The position numbers were made by a program, and so were the translations under genes. Under the pieces are notes generated by a model. The model was not told where the DNA came from. It did no database searches and saw nothing but the letters and a program-made list of their open reading frames with translations. A DNA stretch of 33,993 nucleotides, taken from Candidatus Woesearchaeota archaeon (GTDB lineage: Archaea; Nanobdellota; Nanobdellia; Woesearchaeales; UBA10216). Location: positions 1-33,993 of the forward strand of contig JACQST010000059.1 in assembly GCA_016211185.1 (NCBI GenBank), read 5' to 3'. Positions 8,342 to 17,680 of the stretch are shown here, in pieces. Positions within the stretch are counted from its first letter, which is position 1. Each line of letters opens with the position of its first letter.

Positions 8342-8938
8342 ATGAATTTGATCTCTTTCGGCAAGTGGCCTGTTGATGACGTAAAGGTCAAGGACAGCGG
8401 GCTGGTTGACTACGTTACTATAAAGAACGTATACGTTCCAAGAACAGGAGCCCGCTACAGCAGGCAGAAGTTCCACAAGTCAAAAGTGTTCATAGTTGAG
8501 CGCCTAATAAACAAGCTCATGGTGCCTGGGCACAGGGGGAAAAAGCACAGGATAACCTCATACACCGTAACAGGGAAATCAAGCCAGGCCTACGATGCGG
8601 TTGAAAAAGCATTCACGCTCATAGAGGAACGCACAAAGACAAACCCTGTAAAGGTCTTTGTTGAGGCGCTTGAAAACGCAGCCCCAAGGGAGGAAATCAT
8701 ATCTATAGAGTATGGAGGCGCGCGATACCCCAAGGCGGTTGACTGCTCACCCCAGAGAAGAATAGACCAGGCACTCAAATACATGGTTCAGGGAGCATAC
8801 CACAGAAGGTTCAACACAAAGAAAGGCATAGTCCAGTCCCTCGCGGACGAAATAATAGCAGCACACCAGAGAAGCCCTGCCTCAAACGCAATAGCGAAGA
8901 AGCTCGAGATAGAAAGGCAGGCTGATGCAAGCAGGTAA
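8342..8938 (+). CDS. rps7: 30S ribosomal protein S7 (uS7)
   Basis: FGKW, F.KS.V.IVERLINKLM, NP..VFV.A.ENAAPREE, YGG..YP.AVD.SPQRR.D, E.ERQA.ASR; TTTATATA 31 nt upstream. Confidence 0.97.
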   Translation: MNLISFGKWPVDDVKVKDSGLVDYVTIKNVYVPRTGARYSRQKFHKSKVFIVERLINKLMVPGHRGKKHRITSYTVTGKSSQAYDAVEKAFTLIEERTKTNPVKVFVEALENAAPREEIISIEYGGARYPKAVDCSPQRRIDQALKYMVQGAYHRRFNTKKGIVQSLADEIIAAHQRSPASNAIAKKLEIERQADASR

Positions 8939-8959
8939 TCTGCCGGAACAAAAAACTTC

Positions 8960-9607
8960 TTACAAGGGGTTAATCCCGGATTTAGCTGCTGCTACAAGCG
9001 CATCATATGCCTGCACTGCCGATGCTGCGGCGTGTTCATTATTCCACGAGACGCCTGCCAACGGGTGCTGCCCTGTCCTCTGCTCAAGCCTAACCAGGAA
9101 ACCGATATTGCGCTCTGCAAACTCTGCAAACCTCCCTGCTGTCTTCGTAGGGTCATCAGTTGCTATTGCCAACTCATAAACAACTGACATGTATCCAGTC
9201 ACTGCTTCAGGTGACAGATCTCCTCTAGCCATCTCGTGCAGGTCTGTAGTTGACTTTGCAAAAAGCCTCCGCAGATTAGGGTTTTTCATTTTCATATAAC
9301 CGATTCTCAGGCCAGGCCTATCGCTGTACTCATACAAAAACTCGAAAAATGAATAATCTCCGACTGTAGCCCTTGACCTCAAGTATGCTGTAAAGCGAGC
9401 CATCTCTTCCCTTTCCCAACCCGAAGTCACTATGTATTCAGCAACCCGCCCAGCCATTTCCTCTGCATCCTGAGGCCTGACAGGCTGCATCCTTTCAGAA
9501 TCAGCAAATCCGCCAAGAGCTTCAAGAATGTCTCTTTTTGCTTTTATGACTCTACGCTCTCTTATTATTGCATCTCTCCTAATTATGTCTTCAAGGTCAT
9601 CAGCCAT
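8960..9607 (-). CDS. Hypothetical protein
   Basis: 215-aa ORF filling the gap, with an AT-rich element about 30 nt upstream; no family recognised. Confidence 0.7.
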   Translation of the reverse strand: MADDLEDIIRRDAIIRERRVIKAKRDILEALGGFADSERMQPVRPQDAEEMAGRVAEYIVTSGWEREEMARFTAYLRSRATVGDYSFFEFLYEYSDRPGLRIGYMKMKNPNLRRLFAKSTTDLHEMARGDLSPEAVTGYMSVVYELAIATDDPTKTAGRFAEFAERNIGFLVRLEQRTGQHPLAGVSWNNEHAAASAVQAYDALVAAAKSGINPL

Positions 9608-9665
9608 ACCGGAACAGCAGAAAGCAGCCCTTTTTAATTTTTCCTATATGCATGTTTATACACGC

Positions 9666-11588
9666 TCAAATCACAACTATGCCCTTGAGCTTGAACCCGT
9701 AAATAAAGATGCGGTCCCACAGAAAACTCTTCTTCCTTGTAACCCTCACAGAAAAACCAGCCTGCCTGAAAACCTGCTCAATCCTGGCGTCATCAGCAAG
9801 CCACTCAAGCGAGGGAAGAAGATGGAAGAAGTCAGAGTACTCCACAAAACAAATCCTGGCATCAGGAGACAAAACCCTGTACATGTCCTTCAGGATGCGC
9901 TGCATGTCATGCATGTATCCAAGCATGCCAACAGACACAACAACATCAGCCCTGTGCACATCAGGGTGGAGCCTGTAGAACTGCTCAGGGTCATGGATAA
10001 GCCTTGCCTCGCCATACACCCTGCCTTCAGTCTCCCATCTCTCCTTCTCAATCCGCTTCATGGTTATCTTCAGGTCATTCTTGGAGAAATGAGTCGCATA
10101 CACCGCGCCGTCAGGCCCCACAGCCCTCAACAGCGAAGTAGTTAATGTCCCGACGCCACAGCCAAACTCAATGACTGTCTTCCCATAAAGGTCACCGAGA
10201 AAGCTCATTATCTCCTTCCTAAGCCCCTTAGGGTAGCTGAACCTCTCTGTAAAGAAGCTGAGATAGGAAAAAAGGTCATTAATCTCTGTAATCATCTGAG
10301 GGTCATAATATATCTCAATCAGGAAATACAGGGGAATCCCCATGAGGATTAAGGAAATGCTCAGCTTCAGCAAAGTAGGGCCGTTCTGCGTTGTAAGAGT
10401 GCCGATAATTATTGCGGCCAGCAGGGCAACAGCCACCAGCACAGGACCAATTTTTCCGAAAGGAACCCTGTAGAGCCGCTCAACATGAGGGTCCTTGAGC
10501 CTCAGAATCGGAACAGTCAGGATAATAGGGATATACATGATAATGGCAAGAGGAATCAGGATGCTGAGCAGCACCTCATACTGGCCAAAGCCAAGCAGCA
10601 GAATAAGCATAGTTATCGCAGCCTGAAACATTATGGCCTTATAAGGAGTCTTGAACTTGGGGTGTATCTCGCTCAGCCTGCCAAACTGGAGCTTGTCCCG
10701 AGCCAAGGCAAGGGTCAACCGGGGTATAGTCACTATGCCTGAAGCAGCCGAGCCAAGAAGTGTGATAAAAATGCCCGCAATGATGATGCCCTCGCCAGCA
10801 GAGCCAAACAACACTTGGGCAAGAGCCTTGGTAGGCGAACTCATTGAAGCAAGAGCCTCATACCCGAACACCCCCAGGCTGACAAAAATGATTCCCGCGC
10901 CAAGCAGAGCAATAACAACAGTCCCGTTTACAATAGCCCGCGGAATAGTCCTCCTCGGGTCTTTTGTCTCCTCAGCCAGATAAGTCGCGGCCTCCCACCC
11001 AAAATAAGCCTCCATAAGGAAAAACATGCTCGTAAAAACAGTTGCAAAACCATGCGTGGCGAGTGGCACAAAATTCGCAGCAGCCACATTAAAGGAGCCC
11101 TTGCCAATCAGCGCCGCAAGCACAGCAACCATAACCACGGCAAAACATATCATTATGAAAGAAGTAGCCTCTATCCCGACGTAAGCTATAAGGTTCAGCA
11201 TAACTATGAGGATAAGGCTGAGAAGAAACTTCGTCGTGGTTAAAGAGTCAGGAATCAGGAGATTAATCGCGGCGACAATCATGACGACCACAGAAAGGTT
11301 GCCGACCAGCCACGCAGTCCACCCTATCATAAAAGACATGAACCGGCCATACGCCTGCTTGCTATACTCATACACGCCCCCGCTCTTGGGAAACATGCTC
11401 ACAAGCTCGCTAAAGCACATAGCTATGTAAATGGAAATCAGGGAAAGAATCACCCACGCAACCATTGAAAGGTTCCCGGAATACCTTGCGCCTATGCTAG
11501 GCCCGAAAAATATCGCTGTCCCTATAATGGAGCCTATGGACAGGCAAAGAATAGTCCAGTACCCAAAACCCCTCTTCAGCTCATACAT
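9666..11588 (-). CDS. APC-family amino acid permease fused to a C-terminal class I SAM-methyltransferase-like domain
   Basis: LKR..G, IG.IIG.AIF, ELVSMFPKSGG.YEY, YFGWE....LAEE.KDP.RTIPRAI, about 12 TMs; C-terminal VIEFGCGVG, VGPDGAVYA, RVLSPDARICFVEY. Confidence 0.88.
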   Translation of the reverse strand: MYELKRGFGYWTILCLSIGSIIGTAIFFGPSIGARYSGNLSMVAWVILSLISIYIAMCFSELVSMFPKSGGVYEYSKQAYGRFMSFMIGWTAWLVGNLSVVVMIVAAINLLIPDSLTTTKFLLSLILIVMLNLIAYVGIEATSFIMICFAVVMVAVLAALIGKGSFNVAAANFVPLATHGFATVFTSMFFLMEAYFGWEAATYLAEETKDPRRTIPRAIVNGTVVIALLGAGIIFVSLGVFGYEALASMSSPTKALAQVLFGSAGEGIIIAGIFITLLGSAASGIVTIPRLTLALARDKLQFGRLSEIHPKFKTPYKAIMFQAAITMLILLLGFGQYEVLLSILIPLAIIMYIPIILTVPILRLKDPHVERLYRVPFGKIGPVLVAVALLAAIIIGTLTTQNGPTLLKLSISLILMGIPLYFLIEIYYDPQMITEINDLFSYLSFFTERFSYPKGLRKEIMSFLGDLYGKTVIEFGCGVGTLTTSLLRAVGPDGAVYATHFSKNDLKITMKRIEKERWETEGRVYGEARLIHDPEQFYRLHPDVHRADVVVSVGMLGYMHDMQRILKDMYRVLSPDARICFVEYSDFFHLLPSLEWLADDARIEQVFRQAGFSVRVTRKKSFLWDRIFIYGFKLKGIVVI

Positions 11589-11656
11589 CTTGCAAGCTGA
11601 ACATTAAAACGGCAATATTTAAAGCCTCCGCTCACTCGCATCTGCCTAAAAGTTTT

Positions 11657-12361
11657 ATGTCCGCAAAACAAGCCCCGCAGATGAACCGATACATCCAGAC
11701 CTACCACTTGCTCCGCAGAAGATACGGAAAGCAGAGCTGGTGGCCCACAACAACAGATAACAGGCCTTTCGAAGTAATGGTCGGTGCCATACTTACCCAG
11801 AACACCTCCTGGCGCAACGTCGAGAAAGCCATAGGAAGCCTTGCAGCCCAAGGGCTAATCGACCCTCAAAGGATGGCATCTGCCCAAAAGGAAAAGCTTG
11901 CCGAAGCAATAAGGCCATCAGGCTACTACAACCAGAAGGCAGAACGGCTTCAACTCCTGGCCAGGCACGTGATTCAGAACAGAGGAGCAAAAGCCATGAA
12001 GAAGAAACCCCTCTCTCAGTTAAGAGAAGAGCTCCTCTCAATCAAAGGCATAGGGCATGAAACAGCCGACTCAATACTGTTGTACGCCCTAAACAAGCCA
12101 GCATTTGTCATCGACACCTATACAAGGCGAATATTCACAAGGCTCGGGCTCTGCAGGCCAGAATCAGGCTACCATGAGCTGCAGGAACTAATCACCAGAC
12201 ACCTTCCAGTCAGCACACAGCTCTACAGCGAATACCATGCCCTCATAGTCCAGCTTGGCAAGGAACACTGCAGGAAAAAACCTGAATGCAAAGGATGCCC
12301 GCTCCAAACGAACTGCCAATTCGGAAAAAAAGATTTAAATAGTCAGCTTCGGCCTTGCTGA
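11657..12361 (+). CDS. Endonuclease III-related HhH-GPD DNA glycosylase with [4Fe-4S] motif
   Basis: WWP, FEVMVGAILTQNTSW.NVEKA, IRPSGYYNQKA, LL.IKGIG.ETADSILLYA, C-x6-C-x2-C-x5-C. Confidence 0.92.
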   Translation: MSAKQAPQMNRYIQTYHLLRRRYGKQSWWPTTTDNRPFEVMVGAILTQNTSWRNVEKAIGSLAAQGLIDPQRMASAQKEKLAEAIRPSGYYNQKAERLQLLARHVIQNRGAKAMKKKPLSQLREELLSIKGIGHETADSILLYALNKPAFVIDTYTRRIFTRLGLCRPESGYHELQELITRHLPVSTQLYSEYHALIVQLGKEHCRKKPECKGCPLQTNCQFGKKDLNSQLRPC

Positions 12362-12371
12362 CCTGAAAAAG

Positions 12372-13019
12372 ATGGTTGCGCTCATGGACTCAGGCTGGAT
12401 AATAGTTGTAGTTGTTCTCGCAATCCTCGTATCCTTCTTCCTCGCCCACAAGCTGTTCCAGGAAGCATTTGAATTCATGGGAATAGCAGTCTCCATAATA
12501 GGCATAGCTCTTGTCGTGTCAATAGTAGTGGTGGCCTTTGACGCGGTCAGCTTCAAAAGGTCATTCCCCGGCTCCGAGAGCCTACTCATAGTCATGGATG
12601 AAAAAACCCCTGCCGCAGCAATACTCCTCAAAAAAAACGTGCCTGAACCAATAGAGCAGGAAAAGCTTGCACCGCTTGCCACAAGCATAAACGCAAAAGA
12701 CTACAAGACAGCCCGCGGCACAAACTACAAACTAATAATAATAAAGAAAGCCGCAATAGATGACTTAAGCCAGAAGACAGCAGGCAACTCAACAAAATCA
12801 CCGCCTGAAGAGCAAGCCTTCATCGCCAGCTCGCTCTCAGGACTGGCAGCAGAGCCATCACTGTTCATAGCCGAATACAGGAAAGGCAACATAATCGTCT
12901 ATCCTGAAACCCCCATGTTCAAGGCCATAAAATACCTGCCTGGATTCGGAAACTACGCAAAGGACTCAATCGGAGGCTTAAAAGGCCTCCTTGGAAGAGA
13001 AAATGAGACACAGCCTTAA
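12372..13019 (+). CDS. Hypothetical membrane protein (2 N-terminal TMs)
   Basis: Two hydrophobic segments then a soluble domain ending G.IIVYPETP.FK; packed in an operon. Confidence 0.8.
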   Translation: MVALMDSGWIIVVVVLAILVSFFLAHKLFQEAFEFMGIAVSIIGIALVVSIVVVAFDAVSFKRSFPGSESLLIVMDEKTPAAAILLKKNVPEPIEQEKLAPLATSINAKDYKTARGTNYKLIIIKKAAIDDLSQKTAGNSTKSPPEEQAFIASSLSGLAAEPSLFIAEYRKGNIIVYPETPMFKAIKYLPGFGNYAKDSIGGLKGLLGRENETQP

Positions 13020-16000
13020 GACATGCCAATGGCTACTATGCATGCTCGCGATAGCAGCGCTTGCCAAGGCAGACACCCAGGCATACAGCGGGAGCATATA
13101 TTCAGGCAACACAATAACAGTCGACAAACAAGTAATGATAATATACCTCAGCAGCTCCCAAAACGGGATAGTGGCGGACTACAGCGGCAAGCTCCTCAGC
13201 GTAGCAAACAACAGTTGCGAATCAACAGACTACTTCAAGCTCTGCCTGGACAACATAGAGATGGACTATGTCACAAGAAAAAAGAAGATAGCCATAAGGG
13301 CATTCTCAACAGTGCCTGAAATCACCATAACAAGAACCGCCTCAAAAACAGACCTTATAGTAGGCGAAGAAGCCATCATGACAGTCAAGATTTCAAACAC
13401 AGGAGGCATCGCAAGGAGAACAGTATTTTCAGACGAATTTCCAGAAACGTTCGAGGTATACGATGTTGAAGACGCAGAGCTAAAAGGCAACACAGTATAC
13501 TGGTCAGGCGAAATAGCTCGCTCAGGCTCAAAGGAGCTGAGCTTCAAACTCAGGCCAAAGGACGCCTATAAGGGAGGCCTTAAGGCAAAACTGGACTACT
13601 TTGACGGCTACTCAATGCAGAGCGCGCAATCCAGCGAGATATCCCTTGAGGCAACACACTTCTTCAAGCTTGAAGCCCGCCTTGGAAAAACAGAGGCATA
13701 CGTAGGCCAGCTAAACAACCTGACAGTCAACATATCCAACAGGGGCAACAGCACAGTAAACGCAACACTCGAATTCACATTCGATGAAGGCACAGAACTC
13801 ATGACCCTCCCGGGAAACCTAATCAGGACAGCTAAAAACAGCTACAGGTGGAACGGCGAGCTAAGAAAAAGAAACCTCTCAAACAACAGGATATTCTCAA
13901 AAGCCCTGTTCTTCGAATTCAAGACAAACAGGATAGGCGCAATAGACACAACAATCACAGCACAATACACAGACCTCTCCACATACGAGAAAGTCCGGCT
14001 GCCAGACGAGCGGAAAACAATCAGCGTAACAGACAAGGGACTAATGGCAAGGTCAAGCCTGTCTGACAAAATAATCGAGCCCGGCCAGAGACACACCCTG
14101 AAAGTCTGGGTGCAGAACCTAAACCCGTACTCAGATATAAGGGACGTCAGGGTATATGTGCAAACAGGGCTTGCATACCTTCCATACCTCGAATACGGCA
14201 GCTTCAAGGCAGGAGAGCAGAAACAGGTGATACAGAAAGACATATTCGCGCCAGAAGCCAACACCACAACAGGATACGCACTTAACCTGAACGTAACCTA
14301 CAAGCTGGCAGGGGAAAGCTTCTCCTACACATTCAAGGACACAGTATCAGTAGTGCCGCCAAAAGACCTCACAATAACACAGAACCCCTCAAAGAGCACA
14401 GTAGAGTCAGGCGAAACATTCCAGTTCACAGTGCTCCTCCAAAACAACAGGGCAACAGGACTTGGCAACATCAAGGCATACGACACCCCGCCACCCGAAT
14501 TCTCAGTATCAGGGCCAGCCACAGCCATCATAAGCCTCAGCCCCGGAGCAACAGCGACCGCATACACATACAGCATAACCGCACCCAGGGTAAACGCAAA
14601 AAAAGAGTTCACAATAAAAACCAGCGCTCAATACAGTGACCAATACAACGACGAGGTATTCGCAAAGTTCAACACATACAACTACTCAAAGGAACAGGCC
14701 ATAACAGTAAACCCGCCGGACTTCCCTGTGGCAGCCACCGCAGCGATGAAGGAATCAGATGTATACATGGGCGGCGCATACGACGTCAATTACGTCATAA
14801 GGAACGGCCACAGCAGCCTCACAATGACAGAGCCAGCCCTATACTTCCCCCTGCAGCCAGAATTTGACACCATAGAATCAACCAACCATTCGCTCCCAAG
14901 CATAGACCCAGGCGAAACAGTCTACATAAGCTCAATGCACAAAGTCAGGCCAAAGCTCAACAGCTCACAAAAGATAAAAGGCGCATACCTCACATTCAAG
15001 GACAAATACGGCACATTATACGGGTACAACCTCTCAGACGTACCCGTAACGGTCAAAAACAGCTTTCTGTCAGGGCCCGCAATAATCCTTAACAAGACCG
15101 CTCCCGAGCAGGCAAACGACACAGACCAGGTCCAGATAAGAATAAGGGTACTAAACACAGGAGACAGCACAGCATTGGTCGACGTAGCTGATGGCCAGCA
15201 GGCATTCAGCACAGTGGTGAAGCCAGGCACAGAAGCAGTCCACCAATACAGCACAATACTCACAGAGGAAGGCACACAGAGCCTGCCAGCAGCAACAGCA
15301 AACTACACCTATGAAGGCAGAAACCTGCACACAGCCTCAGAAACAGCAACAGTAAAAATCACAAAAAAACCCCTTGTCCAAGTGGAACTCACAGCCCCGG
15401 AAAAAGCCAACACAGCAGACGGCTTTGACGTCAAGCTAAAGATAAAAAGCACAGTGACAGAGCCATTACAGGTAACTGTAACAGACAGGGCCAGAGAATG
15501 GCACATTGACAACTTCACAGGCCAAAAAGAGCTCACATACCACACCCAACTGCCCACAGGGCAGCATACGCTCGGGCCGGCAACAGCCACATACAATCAC
15601 AGAAACCACACATACAGCACAGAAACAGGCACAGCAACCATAACAGTCACAGAAAAAGAACTCGTAACCATAGCAAAAACCGCATCAAAGACAACAATCA
15701 GGCCAAAACAGGAAATACAGGTTACACTAAGCCTAAAAAACCAGCAGGAAGAGCCTGTAACGGGAACAGTCACAGACAGCGACAAAAACTGGGAAATCGA
15801 TCTGGCACCGAACGAAGCCCGCAACATAACCTACAAAACCAAGCCAGACCAGCCAGCACTAAAGCCAGCAACAATAACAGTAACTTACAAAAACGCAACA
15901 TACACCTTCAGCTCAGAAGAGGTACAGATGAACATAACAGGCAGGAAACTAAAGGACAACGCAACAAACACCACCGCAGCTCCTGAAGCAGAAGCCGCAC

Positions 16001-16074
16001 AGGATGACGGGATTTTCAAAAAGATTATAAATGCAGTCATCAAAGTCCTAACCTGGCAACGCAAGCCGGAATGA
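13003..16074 (+). CDS. Large secreted/surface protein with tandem Ig-like (DUF11/BatD/CARDB-like) repeats
   Basis: Signal peptide (ALAKA|D); repeated 'I.K.A...V....V.L.I.N.G' and 'L.PATA.Y.Y' units; many N-x-S/T sequons. Confidence 0.85.
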   Translation: MRHSLKTCQWLLCMLAIAALAKADTQAYSGSIYSGNTITVDKQVMIIYLSSSQNGIVADYSGKLLSVANNSCESTDYFKLCLDNIEMDYVTRKKKIAIRAFSTVPEITITRTASKTDLIVGEEAIMTVKISNTGGIARRTVFSDEFPETFEVYDVEDAELKGNTVYWSGEIARSGSKELSFKLRPKDAYKGGLKAKLDYFDGYSMQSAQSSEISLEATHFFKLEARLGKTEAYVGQLNNLTVNISNRGNSTVNATLEFTFDEGTELMTLPGNLIRTAKNSYRWNGELRKRNLSNNRIFSKALFFEFKTNRIGAIDTTITAQYTDLSTYEKVRLPDERKTISVTDKGLMARSSLSDKIIEPGQRHTLKVWVQNLNPYSDIRDVRVYVQTGLAYLPYLEYGSFKAGEQKQVIQKDIFAPEANTTTGYALNLNVTYKLAGESFSYTFKDTVSVVPPKDLTITQNPSKSTVESGETFQFTVLLQNNRATGLGNIKAYDTPPPEFSVSGPATAIISLSPGATATAYTYSITAPRVNAKKEFTIKTSAQYSDQYNDEVFAKFNTYNYSKEQAITVNPPDFPVAATAAMKESDVYMGGAYDVNYVIRNGHSSLTMTEPALYFPLQPEFDTIESTNHSLPSIDPGETVYISSMHKVRPKLNSSQKIKGAYLTFKDKYGTLYGYNLSDVPVTVKNSFLSGPAIILNKTAPEQANDTDQVQIRIRVLNTGDSTALVDVADGQQAFSTVVKPGTEAVHQYSTILTEEGTQSLPAATANYTYEGRNLHTASETATVKITKKPLVQVELTAPEKANTADGFDVKLKIKSTVTEPLQVTVTDRAREWHIDNFTGQKELTYHTQLPTGQHTLGPATATYNHRNHTYSTETGTATITVTEKELVTIAKTASKTTIRPKQEIQVTLSLKNQQEEPVTGTVTDSDKNWEIDLAPNEARNITYKTKPDQPALKPATITVTYKNATYTFSSEEVQMNITGRKLKDNATNTTAAPEAEAAQDDGIFKKIINAVIKVLTWQRKPE

Positions 16075-16083
16075 GGTGACAAA

Positions 16084-16440
16084 ATGGGCTTCTTTGACAA
16101 AGTCATGTTCTGGAAAAAAAAGGACGACCTGGCACTTGACGGCAACCTTGCAACAGGAATGGACACCCAAAACCCGTTCCCTGCACAAAACCAGTTCCAG
16201 CCAGCACAGCAGCAGCCATTCCAGCAGCAGGGCTTCTACGGCCAAGGGATGCAGCAGGTGCAGCCCCCACAGATGGATGCCTTCCAAAGCTCAAGCGCAT
16301 ACGCAGCAAGCAGACAGCTTGAAGTGGTATCAGCAAAGCTTGACGCGCTCAAGGCAGCCATGGACTCGATGAGCCAGCGCCTCTCAAACATAGAAAGGGC
16401 ATTCCAAGACGATTTCTACAGGAAACGGGGAGGATGGTAA
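16084..16440 (+). CDS. Gln/Pro-rich low-complexity protein with C-terminal coiled coil
   Basis: RBS GAGGTGA upstream; MGFFDKVMFWKKKDD, Q-rich linker, LEVVSAKLDALKAAMDSMSQRL. Confidence 0.85.
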   Translation: MGFFDKVMFWKKKDDLALDGNLATGMDTQNPFPAQNQFQPAQQQPFQQQGFYGQGMQQVQPPQMDAFQSSSAYAASRQLEVVSAKLDALKAAMDSMSQRLSNIERAFQDDFYRKRGGW

Positions 16441-16877
16441 AAACAAGAAAACCAGAACCAGACCTGCTGCTCACAACAATAGCTGTGCTTGCTTTTGACA
16501 GGCTCACGAAGCACTACGCACAAAACCTAACCGAGCCAATAAGCATAACACCACTGCTAAGCATAAGCCTCGTAAGAAACACAGGAGCAGCATTCGGAAT
16601 ACTCCCCGGAACATCACTCATACTGGCTGCAATAGGCACAGCAGTAATAGCAGCAATCCTACTCAGCTACAGAAAGCTGTCTGCGACCCGGAAAACCCGT
16701 ATAGCAACAGGACTCATACTGGCAGGCACAACAGGAAACCTCATCGACAGGCTCCTCCTTGGATACGTAATAGACTTCATAGACCCAAGCTTCTGGCCCG
16801 CATTCAATGTTGCGGATGCTGCACTGACTGTTGGAGCTGCAATCCTCCTAATCCACATCTACACAAAAAAGAACTAG
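16434..16877 (+). CDS. lspA: Lipoprotein signal peptidase (signal peptidase II)
   Basis: D.LTK, NTGAAFG, GNLIDR, GYVIDFI, FNVADA with both catalytic Asp residues; 4 TMs. Confidence 0.92.
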   Translation: MVKTRKPEPDLLLTTIAVLAFDRLTKHYAQNLTEPISITPLLSISLVRNTGAAFGILPGTSLILAAIGTAVIAAILLSYRKLSATRKTRIATGLILAGTTGNLIDRLLLGYVIDFIDPSFWPAFNVADAALTVGAAILLIHIYTKKN

Positions 16878-17218
16878 AACGACTCAAACTCCTCAGCTTC
16901 CTTCAAATGGCCATTCTGCTTCAGCCACTGCACCTGAGCCTTGGAATACTTGAAGACGATATCGCCCTTCTCATTCCCTGAAAGCTCCCAAGGCTCAACA
17001 AGAACCGTATCACCCTCCCTAATCCAAAGCCTCCTCTTCAGCCTCCCAGGAACCCTGCAAATCCTCGGCTTGCCATCAAGACACCTCACCCTCATCCTGG
17101 TGCCGCCAAGCCTCTGCTCAACAATACCAAGAGCCTGCGCCCCCCTCGGCAACCTCGTCTTCCTGATTTCCTGCTGAAGCTCCTCCCTCTGCTCCTCAAT
17201 CTGCTTCTTAAGACCCAT
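16874..17218 (-). CDS. eif1a: Translation initiation factor aIF-1A
   Basis: GIVEQRLGG.RMRVRC.DG..RICR.PGRLK.RLWIREGD.VLVEPW; TTTAAATA 30 nt upstream of ATG 17218. Confidence 0.96.
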   Translation of the reverse strand: MGLKKQIEEQREELQQEIRKTRLPRGAQALGIVEQRLGGTRMRVRCLDGKPRICRVPGRLKRRLWIREGDTVLVEPWELSGNEKGDIVFKYSKAQVQWLKQNGHLKEAEEFESF

Positions 17219-17328
17219 CAAGCCAATGACCGCCCAGCCCTATTTAAAGTTTTGTAATCTTAAAAACCCTAAAAAGCAAAGTTTAAATACCTGAAATTTA
17301 GAAGCAGAAAAAAAAGGAGCGTGCATGA

Positions 17329-17679
17329 ATGCTTTCTGCCTTGGTCGGGCTGTTTAGGAGAATCACCTTCTTTGAGAAGGCAATACTTGTCGTGGGCCTG
17401 TTCACCATAATAATCGGGTTCTACTTCATACAGAAAGTCTTCAATGTTGACCAGCGCCTAAGCTGGCTTATGCTAATAGCCATATTCAGCTGGCTATCAC
17501 TCCTCATACTGATAATACTGTCCAGCCTCAACGCAGAAGTAAGGGAAGACCTCTCCTCGGTAATAAGGGAAAACGCAGAGGAAACAAGACTTCTAAAGGA
17601 AATAACCTACGAAATGCTCAGCGAGCTAAAGTTGCTAAGGCAAAGCATGAAGGGCACAGGAAGCAAAAAGAAGCCCTGA
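17329..17679 (+). CDS. Hypothetical membrane protein (2 TMs + coiled coil)
   Basis: Two hydrophobic helices, charged helical tail; TTTAAATA and a GGAG RBS upstream. Confidence 0.75.
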   Translation: MLSALVGLFRRITFFEKAILVVGLFTIIIGFYFIQKVFNVDQRLSWLMLIAIFSWLSLLILIILSSLNAEVREDLSSVIRENAEETRLLKEITYEMLSELKLLRQSMKGTGSKKKP

Positions 17680-17680
17680 A

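Noticed and set aside
9528-10145. 205-aa + strand ORF and other long antisense ORFs (433-1020, 7338-7991, 25835-26602)
   Set aside because: Shadow frames of well-supported genes on the opposite strand.
13003-16074. ACA/AAC-rich DNA that looks like repeats or a diversity-generating retroelement template
   Set aside because: Explained by Thr/Asn-rich coding plus strand skew; no near-identical repeat pair or reverse transcriptase seen.
16190-16275. CAG-rich tract as a tandem repeat or CRISPR
   Set aside because: Imperfect Gln codon runs inside a CDS; no repeat-spacer periodicity.
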